Part shown: positions 10,032 through 20,099 of the stretch, piece by piece
Numbering within the stretch: position 1 is the first letter of the stretch
How the letters are laid out: each line of letters opens with the position of its first letter
DNA from: Candidatus Saccharimonadales bacterium
GTDB taxonomy: Bacteria; Patescibacteriota; Saccharimonadia; Saccharimonadales; UBA4665
DNA: 64,000 nucleotides
Direction: 5' to 3'
NCBI GenBank assembly: GCA_050730755.1
Contig: JBOHNR010000008.1
Location: 79,968-143,967, forward strand
Translations under genes and position numbers: made by a program
The notes under the pieces: model-generated
Seen by the model: only the letters and a program-made list of their open reading frames with translations
What the model was told of the DNA's origin: nothing
Databases searched by the model: none

Positions 10032-11036
10032 ATGAACTCACTAGAGCTCGAGAAAGTAGTTCCATTTGACCAGTATAGTAGACAATTTCAAGTTTCCATT
10101 ATCCTAAAAATTTTGAAAAAAAATAAAAAGCCACTGGCTATTTTGGATGTTGGTGGCTACAAGGGTAGAAGCAAAGATTTCTTACCGTCAGATGACGTAA
10201 CGGTCGTAGATCTTTACGACATCAAAGAAGAGGGATACGTAAGAGGCAGTGGTTTTGATTTGCCGTTTCCATTTAGAAGTTTTGATTTCGTTGTGAGTTT
10301 CGACACGCTAGAACATATACCTGTTAATAAGAGAGACAACTTTATAGAAGAGTGTGAAAGAGTAGCTAAAAGGGGGATCATAATATGCGCTCCTAACAAA
10401 ACCCCAGAGAATGAACTAATTGAGGAAAAATTAAACGATTTATATAAAAAATTGCACCACAAATCGCACAGATGGCTTGAAGAGCATATGGAATACAAGA
10501 TCCCAGATTTTGATTTGCTCGAAAAAAAAGTACAAGAGCATGGTATTTTTACAAACCGATTCTACAGCAATAAGAGTCAGCTCTGGTTTCTTATGCAACA
10601 GGCCATATTTATGAATTCAAAATTTACTTTTGGCGCAGAAAAACTAATTGAATTAAATGAGTTTTATAATAAAAATTTTAAATATGATGGTGGTGGCTCA
10701 GATATAACTTCTTATAGACAAATTCTTTGTGGTTTAGAAAATGAAGATGAATCGACGAACTTGAATAAGGCAATGAGTAAGTTCAATAATCCAATTGAAC
10801 CGCTCATAGAATTAGAATTGATTGAAAAAATAAATGATTACTTTACAACCTTAATTATTAAAACAGCCCAGCAGTCTAAAAACTATGAAGATCTATATAT
10901 GTTTAATATGAACCTAGCCGAAGAACGCGAAAAGATAAATAAAAATTTGCAGACACGCATAAATCAATACGAGAAATTGTTACCCGCAAAGATTATTATA
11001 AAAACTAAACAAATGTTACGAAAAGTGAAGAAATGA
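10032..11036 (+). CDS. Class I SAM-dependent methyltransferase with helical (coiled-coil-like) C-terminal extension
   Basis: ILDVGGYKG and FDFVVSFDTLEHI motifs. The last ~80 aa are heptad-like and charged (EEREKINKNLQTRINQYEKLL). Confidence 0.6.
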   Translation: MNSLELEKVVPFDQYSRQFQVSIILKILKKNKKPLAILDVGGYKGRSKDFLPSDDVTVVDLYDIKEEGYVRGSGFDLPFPFRSFDFVVSFDTLEHIPVNKRDNFIEECERVAKRGIIICAPNKTPENELIEEKLNDLYKKLHHKSHRWLEEHMEYKIPDFDLLEKKVQEHGIFTNRFYSNKSQLWFLMQQAIFMNSKFTFGAEKLIELNEFYNKNFKYDGGGSDITSYRQILCGLENEDESTNLNKAMSKFNNPIEPLIELELIEKINDYFTTLIIKTAQQSKNYEDLYMFNMNLAEEREKINKNLQTRINQYEKLLPAKIIIKTKQMLRKVKK

Positions 11037-12820
11037 CCGCAGGAAAAATGATCAGCGAGCTGTTGCCCCAAGGATCGAGTCGTAGACTGATGGTTAAGAA
11101 GATTATCTCCCGTTTTAAAAAAAATTTAAGCATGAGCGGAGTTCTTCCTGACATTTCATACTCCAAGTGGATTAAAGACTGTGAGCCACAACTATTTACT
11201 ACAAATAAACTGCCTTCTTTCAAACCCCTTCTAACTATTGTTGTTCCGGCATTTAATACTCCTGACAAGTATATATTGCCACTTATTTATTCATTGATCG
11301 AACAGAAATATCCAAACTGGCAGCTTTGTCTAGCGGATGGTTCAACAGATCCTTTAAGAGCGATGGCTATAAAAAGTGCATCAGGGAAAGACTCTCGAAT
11401 TCAATACATCAAGTTGAAGAGGAATTTAGGTATAGCAGGTAATACTAACGAAGGCTCAAAGCTGGCCAGGGGTGAATATATTGCTTTTGTTGATCACGAT
11501 GACACACTCTCACCCCATGCGCTCATGGAAGTAGTCAAGCTTTTAAATAAACGTCCTAATGCAGAAATAATTTATAGCGATGAAGATAAACTTTCTGATG
11601 ACGGCAAGTCACGATTACTCCCATTCTTTAAGCCAGACTGGTCTCCATCTCTCCTAGAAGGAGTTAACTACATGCCTCATTTTTTAGTCATAAAAAAAAG
11701 GCTTTTTGATAGTGTTGGTGGTCTAAGGCTCGGTTTTGATGGTGCTCAAGATTATGATTTATTACTTAGAATTACTGAAAAAACTAAAAAAATCTATCAT
11801 ATTCCAAAGATCTTGTATCACTGGAGGATGGCAGCAGGATCAACTGCTCGAGCTATCGGCGAAAAAAAATATGCTGACGACGCAGGTCAAAGGGCTCTAA
11901 CAGAGCATATTAAACGCCAAAATATTAAAGCTAACGTAGTAGCGATAGAAGACCGTCCCACAAATTACAGGTTACAGTATACCCTGCCCAAGAACGCAAA
12001 AGCGTCAATCATCATTCCGTTTAGAGACAAAGTTGAATATCTCAAAAAACTAATACCCACTATTATTAAGAATTCAAACGGAGTTAATTTTGAAATCATC
12101 CTTATCTCAAATAATAGCGTTGAGCAAAAAACCATTAAATATTTGCAAAATGCCACGAGAATTAGTCCAAAAATAAAAATTTATAAATTTGACAAACCTT
12201 TCAATTTTTCTGCTATCAATAATTTTGGACGATCAAAAGCAACAGGAAATTATTTAGTATTTTTAAATAATGACACTGAAGTTCTAACTGATAATTGGCT
12301 TGAGGAACTAATCGGAGTTGCTGCACAAAAAAATACGGGCGCAGTCGGACCGATGCTACTTTACCCTGATACGAGGATCCAACATGCTGGTGTTATTTTA
12401 GGTATGAAAACTATGGCCGGTCACGTCTTTCGTTTGCGGAAAGAGGATGAATTAACTCCATTTGGATTGGCAAGTTGGCCACGAAACTATCTTGCGGTGA
12501 CTGGCGCATGCTTAGTAGTTAGTGTCCAAAAATTTGATGAAATCGGTGGTTTTGACGAAAAAATGATAGTTGCCGGTAGCGACGTAGCGCTTTGTATTAA
12601 ACTTTATGAAAAAGGATATCAGATGGTATATTGGCCATTCGTGAAACTCGTTCATTATGAAAGTGTCACAGTTGGTACATATGATAACGGTATTATAGGA
12701 GACTATAATAGATCACTAACGTATTACACACCATATCTGGACTGGAAAGATCCATATTTTAATCAGAACTTAGATCTTATGAATGAATCGGTAGACTTAA
12801 GGAGTAAATATGAGGAGTAA
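11033..12820 (+). CDS. Two-domain GT2 glycosyltransferase
   Basis: Two GT-A modules: TIVVPAFNT...FVDHDD and SIIIPFRD...FLNNDTE. ATGA overlap with the upstream gene. Confidence 0.7.
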   Translation: MTAGKMISELLPQGSSRRLMVKKIISRFKKNLSMSGVLPDISYSKWIKDCEPQLFTTNKLPSFKPLLTIVVPAFNTPDKYILPLIYSLIEQKYPNWQLCLADGSTDPLRAMAIKSASGKDSRIQYIKLKRNLGIAGNTNEGSKLARGEYIAFVDHDDTLSPHALMEVVKLLNKRPNAEIIYSDEDKLSDDGKSRLLPFFKPDWSPSLLEGVNYMPHFLVIKKRLFDSVGGLRLGFDGAQDYDLLLRITEKTKKIYHIPKILYHWRMAAGSTARAIGEKKYADDAGQRALTEHIKRQNIKANVVAIEDRPTNYRLQYTLPKNAKASIIIPFRDKVEYLKKLIPTIIKNSNGVNFEIILISNNSVEQKTIKYLQNATRISPKIKIYKFDKPFNFSAINNFGRSKATGNYLVFLNNDTEVLTDNWLEELIGVAAQKNTGAVGPMLLYPDTRIQHAGVILGMKTMAGHVFRLRKEDELTPFGLASWPRNYLAVTGACLVVSVQKFDEIGGFDEKMIVAGSDVALCIKLYEKGYQMVYWPFVKLVHYESVTVGTYDNGIIGDYNRSLTYYTPYLDWKDPYFNQNLDLMNESVDLRSKYEE

Positions 12821-14105
12821 ATTAGTTAAAAAGGCTACTAATACTTATAAAAACCAGGGCAGTAAAGCACTTGTAAAAAAAACTCTACGTTTTGGATATA
12901 GAAAAACGACAGATCCTATATTCCGAAGGAAAGACAGGAAATACTACAAACAGCTATGGGAAGAATATGCTTTTGTCTCAAACCCCATATTTCAAATTAC
13001 ATCTGAAGATATTCGAGAAAGTCAATTATTAGTGGAGCGAACAAAGCTAACTAAAATATTAACTGCAAATTGGTTCGTACCGAACTTCGATCATCTTAGC
13101 TTTGGTGGTATTTTTACGATATTCCGGTTTGTTGAAAAATTTTCCTCTGAGGGAGTAATAAATCGGATTATTATTTACGACAAACCTTCTTTTGATGTTG
13201 CTAAATTAAAATTAGATATCAAAGACAAATTCCCAAATTTAAAAAAATACGAAATAATAATTTTTGACCACAATAACGACGATGTAAATAAATTGCCTGA
13301 ATGCGATATTGCAATCTGTTCGTTTTGGGTCTCTGCTTACTTACTGCTTAAATTTAATAAAACCAAACGAAAATACTATTTCATTCAAGACTACGAACCG
13401 CTTTTTTACCCCGGCGGTTCAACTTATGCCCTCGCAGAATCTACATACAGATTTGGGTTTAAAGGTTTGGTAAACACACCTGGACTGCTTGCAGCTATCA
13501 ACAAACGACACGGTACGGAGGGAATTAGTTTTATCCCCGCTGTAGATCAAACGATATACCATCCTGATCCAAAAAGAAAGAAAGCCACAAAAACAAGAGT
13601 TTTCTTTTATGCTAGACCCAATAACCCTCGGAATGCATTCAATCTAGGTATCACAATTATCAAGCAATTGCTAGATAATTACGGGAAAAATATTGAAATC
13701 ATAACAGCAGGAGCGAAGTGGAAAGAGTCAGCTTATGGTTTACGCGGTAAAATAACAAATTTGGGCTTAATAGAGTCAGTTAGTGAAGTAGCAAACCTCT
13801 ATAGGAATTGTGATATAGGCTTCGTGTATATGCTATCCAAACATCCTTCATACCAACCGTTCGAGTTTATGGCGTCTGGGATGGCAACCGTAACAAATAA
13901 TAATGAAGATAATTTATGGTTACTCAAGGATGGCGAAAACTGCCTACTTAGCGAGCCGTCAGCCTCCGCCATGGTTGAGAAAATATCATTATTGATTGAA
14001 AATGAGAAACTCAGAAGAAAGATTGCTAATAATGGGCTTAATTCTTTGGGCTACACATGGTCCCGGCAACTTGAGATGATCTGGAGCGATATCAAGCAGT
14101 ATTGA
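12810..14105 (+). CDS. GT-B glycosyltransferase (GT4/WsaF-like)
   Basis: 431 aa. C-terminal half has a GT-B pattern (VFFYARPNNPRNAF...PSYQPFEFMASGMATV). Family assignment is approximate. Confidence 0.5.
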   Translation: MRSKLVKKATNTYKNQGSKALVKKTLRFGYRKTTDPIFRRKDRKYYKQLWEEYAFVSNPIFQITSEDIRESQLLVERTKLTKILTANWFVPNFDHLSFGGIFTIFRFVEKFSSEGVINRIIIYDKPSFDVAKLKLDIKDKFPNLKKYEIIIFDHNNDDVNKLPECDIAICSFWVSAYLLLKFNKTKRKYYFIQDYEPLFYPGGSTYALAESTYRFGFKGLVNTPGLLAAINKRHGTEGISFIPAVDQTIYHPDPKRKKATKTRVFFYARPNNPRNAFNLGITIIKQLLDNYGKNIEIITAGAKWKESAYGLRGKITNLGLIESVSEVANLYRNCDIGFVYMLSKHPSYQPFEFMASGMATVTNNNEDNLWLLKDGENCLLSEPSASAMVEKISLLIENEKLRRKIANNGLNSLGYTWSRQLEMIWSDIKQY

Positions 14106-14119
14106 GATAAAAAAGTACT

Positions 14120-14941
14120 CTATCTCTCAGTAAATTCTAGGTTTTTAATGTTTTGAAGTATGGATTCCGAACGAGAAATTTTCTCAAGAATTAAAATATC
14201 TTGACCATTTGATCCATTCATACCTGACCACATACCACGATGGGCAAAATTACCATGTACTCCTAGACTTGCACTTTTAAGCATTGATCGTATTTTCCGA
14301 GGCGTATATCCAATAGCGCCTTCAGGATAATCCTTGTCATTGATATAACAGTACCTGTTCATCTTGTACTTGAATGATAGGGGATGGCGGTGCCCTTTAC
14401 TTTTACCTCTATTGAGAGAATCAAGTGCTTTGTCGTCAATGATAAAAAAAGATGCTAAAACTAATCCATCAGGCTTAAGTACTCTACCAAACTCTTTTAA
14501 ATAATAAACTATATCACCCTCAAACATATGCGTAAAAACAGAGTGCAAAAATATTCTATCAACTGAGTTATCTCTTGCTGGAAGCTTAATATCCCTTGGC
14601 GTTATAGAGCCACTGCTATTATGAATCTGGCTTTTAATATCATAATAGTAAAATTTAAAGTTTCCATGGCGCTTAGTTATATTCTGCTGCGACCAATCTA
14701 TACTTGGTTTAATAATGTCAAAACCGACATACTTGCCTTTGTCGGATAGAATCTTAGCTAGTTGAATTGCATCACGTCCAACACCAGAACCAACCTCAAG
14801 TACAAAATCGTTAGGATTTAATGGAGTATACTTACGGTACATTTCAACGTGATATTGGGATATAGTTTCCCAATCATCAATTCCGCCACCGGTCAAAAAA
14901 ATTAATTCTTTTGGTATTTTATAGCCATCGTAGCTAAACAT
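14120..14941 (-). CDS. Class I SAM-dependent methyltransferase
   Basis: VLEVGSGVGRD motif I and DRIFLHSVFTHM. Start moved to the first ATG (the track ORF begins at a TTG at 14956). Confidence 0.65.
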   Translation of the reverse strand: MFSYDGYKIPKELIFLTGGGIDDWETISQYHVEMYRKYTPLNPNDFVLEVGSGVGRDAIQLAKILSDKGKYVGFDIIKPSIDWSQQNITKRHGNFKFYYYDIKSQIHNSSGSITPRDIKLPARDNSVDRIFLHSVFTHMFEGDIVYYLKEFGRVLKPDGLVLASFFIIDDKALDSLNRGKSKGHRHPLSFKYKMNRYCYINDKDYPEGAIGYTPRKIRSMLKSASLGVHGNFAHRGMWSGMNGSNGQDILILEKISRSESILQNIKNLEFTER

Positions 14942-15039
14942 TTTATTTCTACGCAAAAAAACTCCGTATTTTCTCAGATATTATTAATTTTATGTTACCT
15001 ATGATACGTTGATGCGGAATTGAATACAATAATCTATTG

Positions 15040-17424
15040 TCAGTAAAGAGTTTGACTAATCAAAAATAGAGAAAGATCAGCGTTATTAATTACACTTGCC
15101 GGATGATTTAGTCCGCCATACGCAATGAAAGCGCTCATAGTAGCGACATAATGAATTGCCCCACCTGATGCATAATATATTTCACTGTTATCTGTATCGT
15201 ATAAGAAAGGCGAAAGCTGAGGAGCCTGAACGTTCTTTATTGTTTGAGTGCTAGCACTTTGAAATTGTGAGTTGATTACACCGTAATCACCAGCAATTCC
15301 CGATGGAAGACTATACATGCTATTTGTACCCACAATATAATAGACATTGTTTGCCAGACTATTTCCTAAAGGTAATGACGCCACGGGGTAATCGCTGACT
15401 ATTGTAGAAGGACAATTTATTACACCTCCCCAATTAAACCCATAAGCGTTGAAAATGGTTGGACTAGGAATCCATGTAGTTTCACCGTTATTTATAACAT
15501 ACAGCTTTTGCTGACTGTCTCCTTGAATAGCAATAATAGTACCGTCACCAAGAGCATAATTACCCTCGGTTGCGCCCTGTACTTTATCTGGCTCCAAGTT
15601 TGTTGTCTGATCTGCTGTTATCCCCAGGTTATAGTAATCCGTCATAGTTGGTACATAGTGAGTCATTCCGTTACTTAGCTCATAAATATCTTGCCCGGTC
15701 CACACATATTCCTGTAAAGTGGTCTCTGGCAAGCTATTTGCAAGAACCTGGGGCTGTTTATTAAATGTCGCATATTGCCATACGCTCTGAAGAGATGTTG
15801 GGATTTGGATGCGACGCCCTTGGTTAATTATGTATAAACTATCACTCGAGTCCTCATACCATGGGCTTAGGGTTAAAGAACTGGGCGGAGTTGTTGTGTA
15901 ACTGGAGGTTGGCACGGCTAATTTTGGGGCATTATTAAGAGCCCAATCGTAGTAGCTTTCCATGTTAGGTACTGAATAGTAAGTAGATCCATCATAATAA
16001 TAAATCGTTGAGCCAGGTGAAAATTCCAAAACACCTGGCGTTGCCATGAGAAGAGATCCCAGTGGCTGATTTGAGTTCTCAGCGGATGATACGAGGACAT
16101 CCGTGCTATTGAGGCCAAGATCAATTAATGTTTGGGGATTTGCTATTGGTAGCTTTTGTCCAGCTGACATCTCATATATGACACCATTTTGATCAGCTAG
16201 ATTTGTAAGTGGCCAACCAGTTTGCAAAAACTGATTTTCGAATGTAGTACCTAGATCCTGAACTACCGTATCATCGTAGCAACTTAGTCCCCAGGCGGTG
16301 CACATAGTCGGGGAAAGATAATAAGTAAAACCATTATTAACTAAGTAGACGTTCCCATTATCAGATATTAGATTTGAAAGTGTTCCTTCATTTGTATATT
16401 GGGATAATGTAGCATCAGATACGGTCTGCACTGGGTAAATACTAAGACCGTAATTAATCATAGTATCCCAGTTAGGGATGTAATAACTACTTGAGCCAGT
16501 TATGAGATAAATCATACCTGTTGACTGTTGGTAATCCAGCGATGCTCCTAGGGGTTGAGCAAATATGGTCGAACCAAACCAGGACGTAAATATGTTATAA
16601 AAATTCTCGTTACCAGCAAAATGTGGAGTGTACCAATAAAGAGCTGCCGTTGCCCCATCGTCCATCTGAACTGAAGAGCCGTCTATCGTTGTGTAGCCGT
16701 CATAGTAAGTGCTGCCTCCGCCTGGGCAAATCTGCCAAGTTCCTTGTGTCATAGGTCCGCTGTAGCATGTTTGAGGATCATCGGAATTATTCCAATTACC
16801 TTGGATTACCGCCCAGCTTATATTGCCTTCTGATCTTTGGTCACCAAACTCAAGTAACCACGCAGCGTGAATGACTTGTTGCGAAAATCCAACCTCTAGC
16901 GACTTATTGACACATGTGCCACTAACGGATGTTACAGCGACTCCGTTGATGGAATATAGTTCTATCCCAGAGTAATTATATTCAGTACCACCATCAGGGC
17001 ATCCATAGCCAGTAGCTGCCGCGTAGCGTAAAGTGCTACACCCAGAACTGCCGTCAACAAGACTTTGCTCCTTTTGGAGCGTCGTAAGTAAGACCTCAGG
17101 ATTAATACCATAGGCTTGCGAAGCATCATAAATTACTTGTCCTGCACTTACATTACTTCCGTAGAGAAAACCATCTGTTGGGTTATATCCTGTAGGGTCT
17201 GGTGCACTAAAACCAGCGTCAGTGCTTATACAGCTCGTACTACCAAAATTCGAGTTTAGCCAACTATCTATTTGGGTAGCATTCATTGTGTTTGTATTGT
17301 TAAATACTCCATCATCAATAATATTGTCTGGATTAAAACTGTCAGCAGTAGCGTTGGAAACAAGCGATAAACAGCACGTTATTGCTATAAACAGTAAGAC
17401 CAGAACACGGATTCCATGCTTCAT
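15040..17424 (-). CDS. Secreted 794-aa repeat protein, function unknown
   Basis: Signal peptide MKHGIRVLVLLFIAITCCLSLVSNATA. N-terminal Cys-containing domain with GINPEVLLTTLQKEQSLV. Nine C-terminal repeats of the type [IVL]Y-x4-G-x3-Y-[IV]-P-x7-[YW]-G-[LF]. Confidence 0.6.
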   Translation of the reverse strand: MKHGIRVLVLLFIAITCCLSLVSNATADSFNPDNIIDDGVFNNTNTMNATQIDSWLNSNFGSTSCISTDAGFSAPDPTGYNPTDGFLYGSNVSAGQVIYDASQAYGINPEVLLTTLQKEQSLVDGSSGCSTLRYAAATGYGCPDGGTEYNYSGIELYSINGVAVTSVSGTCVNKSLEVGFSQQVIHAAWLLEFGDQRSEGNISWAVIQGNWNNSDDPQTCYSGPMTQGTWQICPGGGSTYYDGYTTIDGSSVQMDDGATAALYWYTPHFAGNENFYNIFTSWFGSTIFAQPLGASLDYQQSTGMIYLITGSSSYYIPNWDTMINYGLSIYPVQTVSDATLSQYTNEGTLSNLISDNGNVYLVNNGFTYYLSPTMCTAWGLSCYDDTVVQDLGTTFENQFLQTGWPLTNLADQNGVIYEMSAGQKLPIANPQTLIDLGLNSTDVLVSSAENSNQPLGSLLMATPGVLEFSPGSTIYYYDGSTYYSVPNMESYYDWALNNAPKLAVPTSSYTTTPPSSLTLSPWYEDSSDSLYIINQGRRIQIPTSLQSVWQYATFNKQPQVLANSLPETTLQEYVWTGQDIYELSNGMTHYVPTMTDYYNLGITADQTTNLEPDKVQGATEGNYALGDGTIIAIQGDSQQKLYVINNGETTWIPSPTIFNAYGFNWGGVINCPSTIVSDYPVASLPLGNSLANNVYYIVGTNSMYSLPSGIAGDYGVINSQFQSASTQTIKNVQAPQLSPFLYDTDNSEIYYASGGAIHYVATMSAFIAYGGLNHPASVINNADLSLFLISQTLY

Positions 17425-18014
17425 GGTGATATCTTCAGGTCCATAGCGTCAAATGCTGTTTTATTTTGCCCATTAAGGTTAGCAGTAGCTTGTATCTGCC
17501 ATGTCCCAACAGTCAAGCCTATGCTTTGTAATGTCCAGTTATTCCAGTATGCTGACCCATCACTGTTTGTTATTTGGCTTGGTAAAGATTTTGTATCACC
17601 GTTACTGGTAAAGCTTATAATACAACTGGCTCCAGGCGTAGTATTACAAACAGAAGTTATCGTATTTGGCGCAGGAGAACCGCTTAGGTTTGGGTGGTGG
17701 TCGCTTACAAAATCACCCATAGGCATTAGTAGGCTTTCATTAGTTGTTGATCCGCTGACTCCACTCTTATTGCCGTTTGATTGTGTAGAAGTACCAGGTA
17801 AAGGGTTAGTTTGAGGCTCACCTTTTTGGTTATTACTACTTCCTCCGCCACTGGTATCGAGATGACCAGTAAATGCTGCCGGAGGTTTTTGGAATAAATG
17901 AACGAACCCAGTTAGTTCTAAGCCACCCATTACCAACACAATCAGCAATATAATACCGGTTACAAAAAATAAATATTTTTTGCGATTCGAAAAACGATAA
18001 TATTTGTTAGGCAT
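17421..18014 (-). CDS. Membrane-anchored extracytoplasmic protein, function unknown
   Basis: N-terminal TM (LFFVTGIILLIVLVMGGL), Gly/Ser/Asn-rich linker, beta-rich C-terminal ~90 aa. 4-nt overlap with the downstream 794-aa gene. Confidence 0.5.
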   Translation of the reverse strand: MPNKYYRFSNRKKYLFFVTGIILLIVLVMGGLELTGFVHLFQKPPAAFTGHLDTSGGGSSNNQKGEPQTNPLPGTSTQSNGNKSGVSGSTTNESLLMPMGDFVSDHHPNLSGSPAPNTITSVCNTTPGASCIISFTSNGDTKSLPSQITNSDGSAYWNNWTLQSIGLTVGTWQIQATANLNGQNKTAFDAMDLKISP

Positions 18015-18123
18015 GTATTTATTTTAATAACTTCTCGTTTATTTTAACATAATTATTTTCCCATAAGGAGGATTCTACCCAAAGAGCTACTTATCACACA
18101 ACATGATAAACTAACACCTAGAA

Positions 18124-19536
18124 ATGAAAAAAATTCTTGAGAGTCTACTGGAAACCCACGTACTTTTTTTGGTAATAGCTCTTATTTTTGGGCTAATATT
18201 TATTAAAATTACTCCACCTCTATGGGGGCTTGATGAGCCATCTCATTTCGACAGGGTATATCAAATAACCAGGGGCGAAATTATCCCTAATAGAACTGCG
18301 GATAATTATGGGGGTAAAGTACCAATAAATCTTTACAATCTAGGAAATTACTCTATTGGCGATCTGGTAGACGATAAAACTAATAACTTAGGACCGAGTC
18401 GGAAGGATGTAGACAACGAAAGTATATATGTACAGTTTGAAAAACAAGATTTCTCAACGAAGATGCACAATTCTCCCTCTAGTTCATCTTATTCCCCAGT
18501 TGCTTACATAGGTCCAATAATAGGTGTTTTATTGGCTAAAGCTGTAAATTTAGATATAGGAAATACATTGTTTCTTGCACGGTTGTTTACTTTATTAGTG
18601 TATGTATCAACTGTGGTTATTGCTCTTTTAGTACTAAAAAGGACAAAAGTAAAGTGGTTATTTTTTATGATAGCACTTTTGCCAACTGTGATGTTTCAAG
18701 CCTCAGTTGTTACAGCAGATAATATATTGATAGGATTATCACTTCTATTCGCAGCTTTATTAATAAGATTATTCAAAAATTCAGATGAAGCGGTATCGCA
18801 AAGACTTTTTCTAAGTCTTATGTGTGTAGGCGTACTGCTTCCCCTCGTTAAAGTTAATTATGTTTTCCTTAGCTTAGCAATTTTGTTGGTTCCGTATAAT
18901 ATGTATAAATCAAAGAACTTATCTATCCTTATAAAATTTATAGGGGTCAGCCTTGCGATTTTCTTTGGCTTACTGTGGTCGACACTAGCTAAAGTAACGG
19001 GACAGGCCTCAATATCGCAACGTCCGGATGGAGTTCAAGTGATTATTGCCAATCAGATTGCCAACCTGGTTCACGACCCGTTTCATTTTATTGAATTGTT
19101 TATCAGAAGCTTGCTTCAGTACAGTGATTCATACATTCAGCAATCGACTACATTAGTAGGTTGGAATTATGTAAGTTTACCTTTATTTTTTATCATTTTA
19201 CTTAGCATTATTACGGTGTTTGCGACCATGCACGCGAAAGATGAATTTATTAAATTTAGGGGAAAAATATTTGTGCTATCAGGATTCGCGATTTTAGGAT
19301 TGGGGAGCATTTTTGCTTCATTTTTTATTACTTTTACTCCTACAACTAGTGCTGTCATACAGGGGGTTCAGGGAAGATACTTTATACCATTCCTTATTCC
19401 TATATTCTTAGCGGTAGCCATATTGTTGCCCGTAAGAGTTAGTATCAAAGAAAGGATGGCACCTTCTATATTCGGAATAACTAGTTGTTTCTGCCTACTT
19501 CTAACAGTGGTTTATTATTATGTAATCACTTACTAA
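18124..19536 (+). CDS. DUF2142-like polytopic membrane protein (GT-C-like)
   Basis: 470 aa, many TM helices. First-loop motif WGLDEPSHFDRVYQI characteristic of DUF2142. Confidence 0.6.
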   Translation: MKKILESLLETHVLFLVIALIFGLIFIKITPPLWGLDEPSHFDRVYQITRGEIIPNRTADNYGGKVPINLYNLGNYSIGDLVDDKTNNLGPSRKDVDNESIYVQFEKQDFSTKMHNSPSSSSYSPVAYIGPIIGVLLAKAVNLDIGNTLFLARLFTLLVYVSTVVIALLVLKRTKVKWLFFMIALLPTVMFQASVVTADNILIGLSLLFAALLIRLFKNSDEAVSQRLFLSLMCVGVLLPLVKVNYVFLSLAILLVPYNMYKSKNLSILIKFIGVSLAIFFGLLWSTLAKVTGQASISQRPDGVQVIIANQIANLVHDPFHFIELFIRSLLQYSDSYIQQSTTLVGWNYVSLPLFFIILLSIITVFATMHAKDEFIKFRGKIFVLSGFAILGLGSIFASFFITFTPTTSAVIQGVQGRYFIPFLIPIFLAVAILLPVRVSIKERMAPSIFGITSCFCLLLTVVYYYVITY

Positions 19537-19724
19537 GTTAAGTTCACGCCTCTTATTTCTAATAGGATCGCAAATTGCGCAAAGTATTTTTCTTTGATAT
19601 TAATGCGATATGTTAACCTCGTGAACCAGCAGTCTTGATAAGTGGCGGCATTTTCGACAGTCAATTGCGATCGACGATTGTCTTTATAAATAAGGAAGTT
19701 ATATTAATTTTATAAAAAATAAAG

Positions 19725-20078
19725 CTATCCCTTGAAGTTTAGAAAGGCTAGGCCTACTACAATTAGAGCTATGCCTGCGATCTTCAATATTGTAAATGCT
19801 TCATTGAAGATAAAAAATGAAGCAGTAAATATAAGAATATATACCAGAGCTGTCGTTAATGGAATTATATAGCCTAGTTGATATCTTGAAATTAAATATA
19901 GGTACACAAAAAAACTTAGACCGTATAGAGCAACTCCTGCTACGATGTACGCATTAATATTAAATTGTAGTTTATGATCTATATAATTTACCGGTGCGCC
20001 AGTCTTAGTCCCAAGTTTCAAAACTACAAGCGCAGATGATGTGGCTAAAACGTACACAGCTAAGATAATTTTTGACAT
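19725..20078 (-). CDS. Small 4-TM EamA/SMR-like protein (ArnE/ArnF-like candidate lipid-linked sugar flippase)
   Basis: 117 aa, four hydrophobic helices, C-terminal ...AFTILKIAGIALIVVGLAFLN pattern. Confidence 0.45.
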   Translation of the reverse strand: MSKIILAVYVLATSSALVVLKLGTKTGAPVNYIDHKLQFNINAYIVAGVALYGLSFFVYLYLISRYQLGYIIPLTTALVYILIFTASFFIFNEAFTILKIAGIALIVVGLAFLNFKG

Positions 20079-20099
20079 CTAGTTGTATTTTATAGAACT

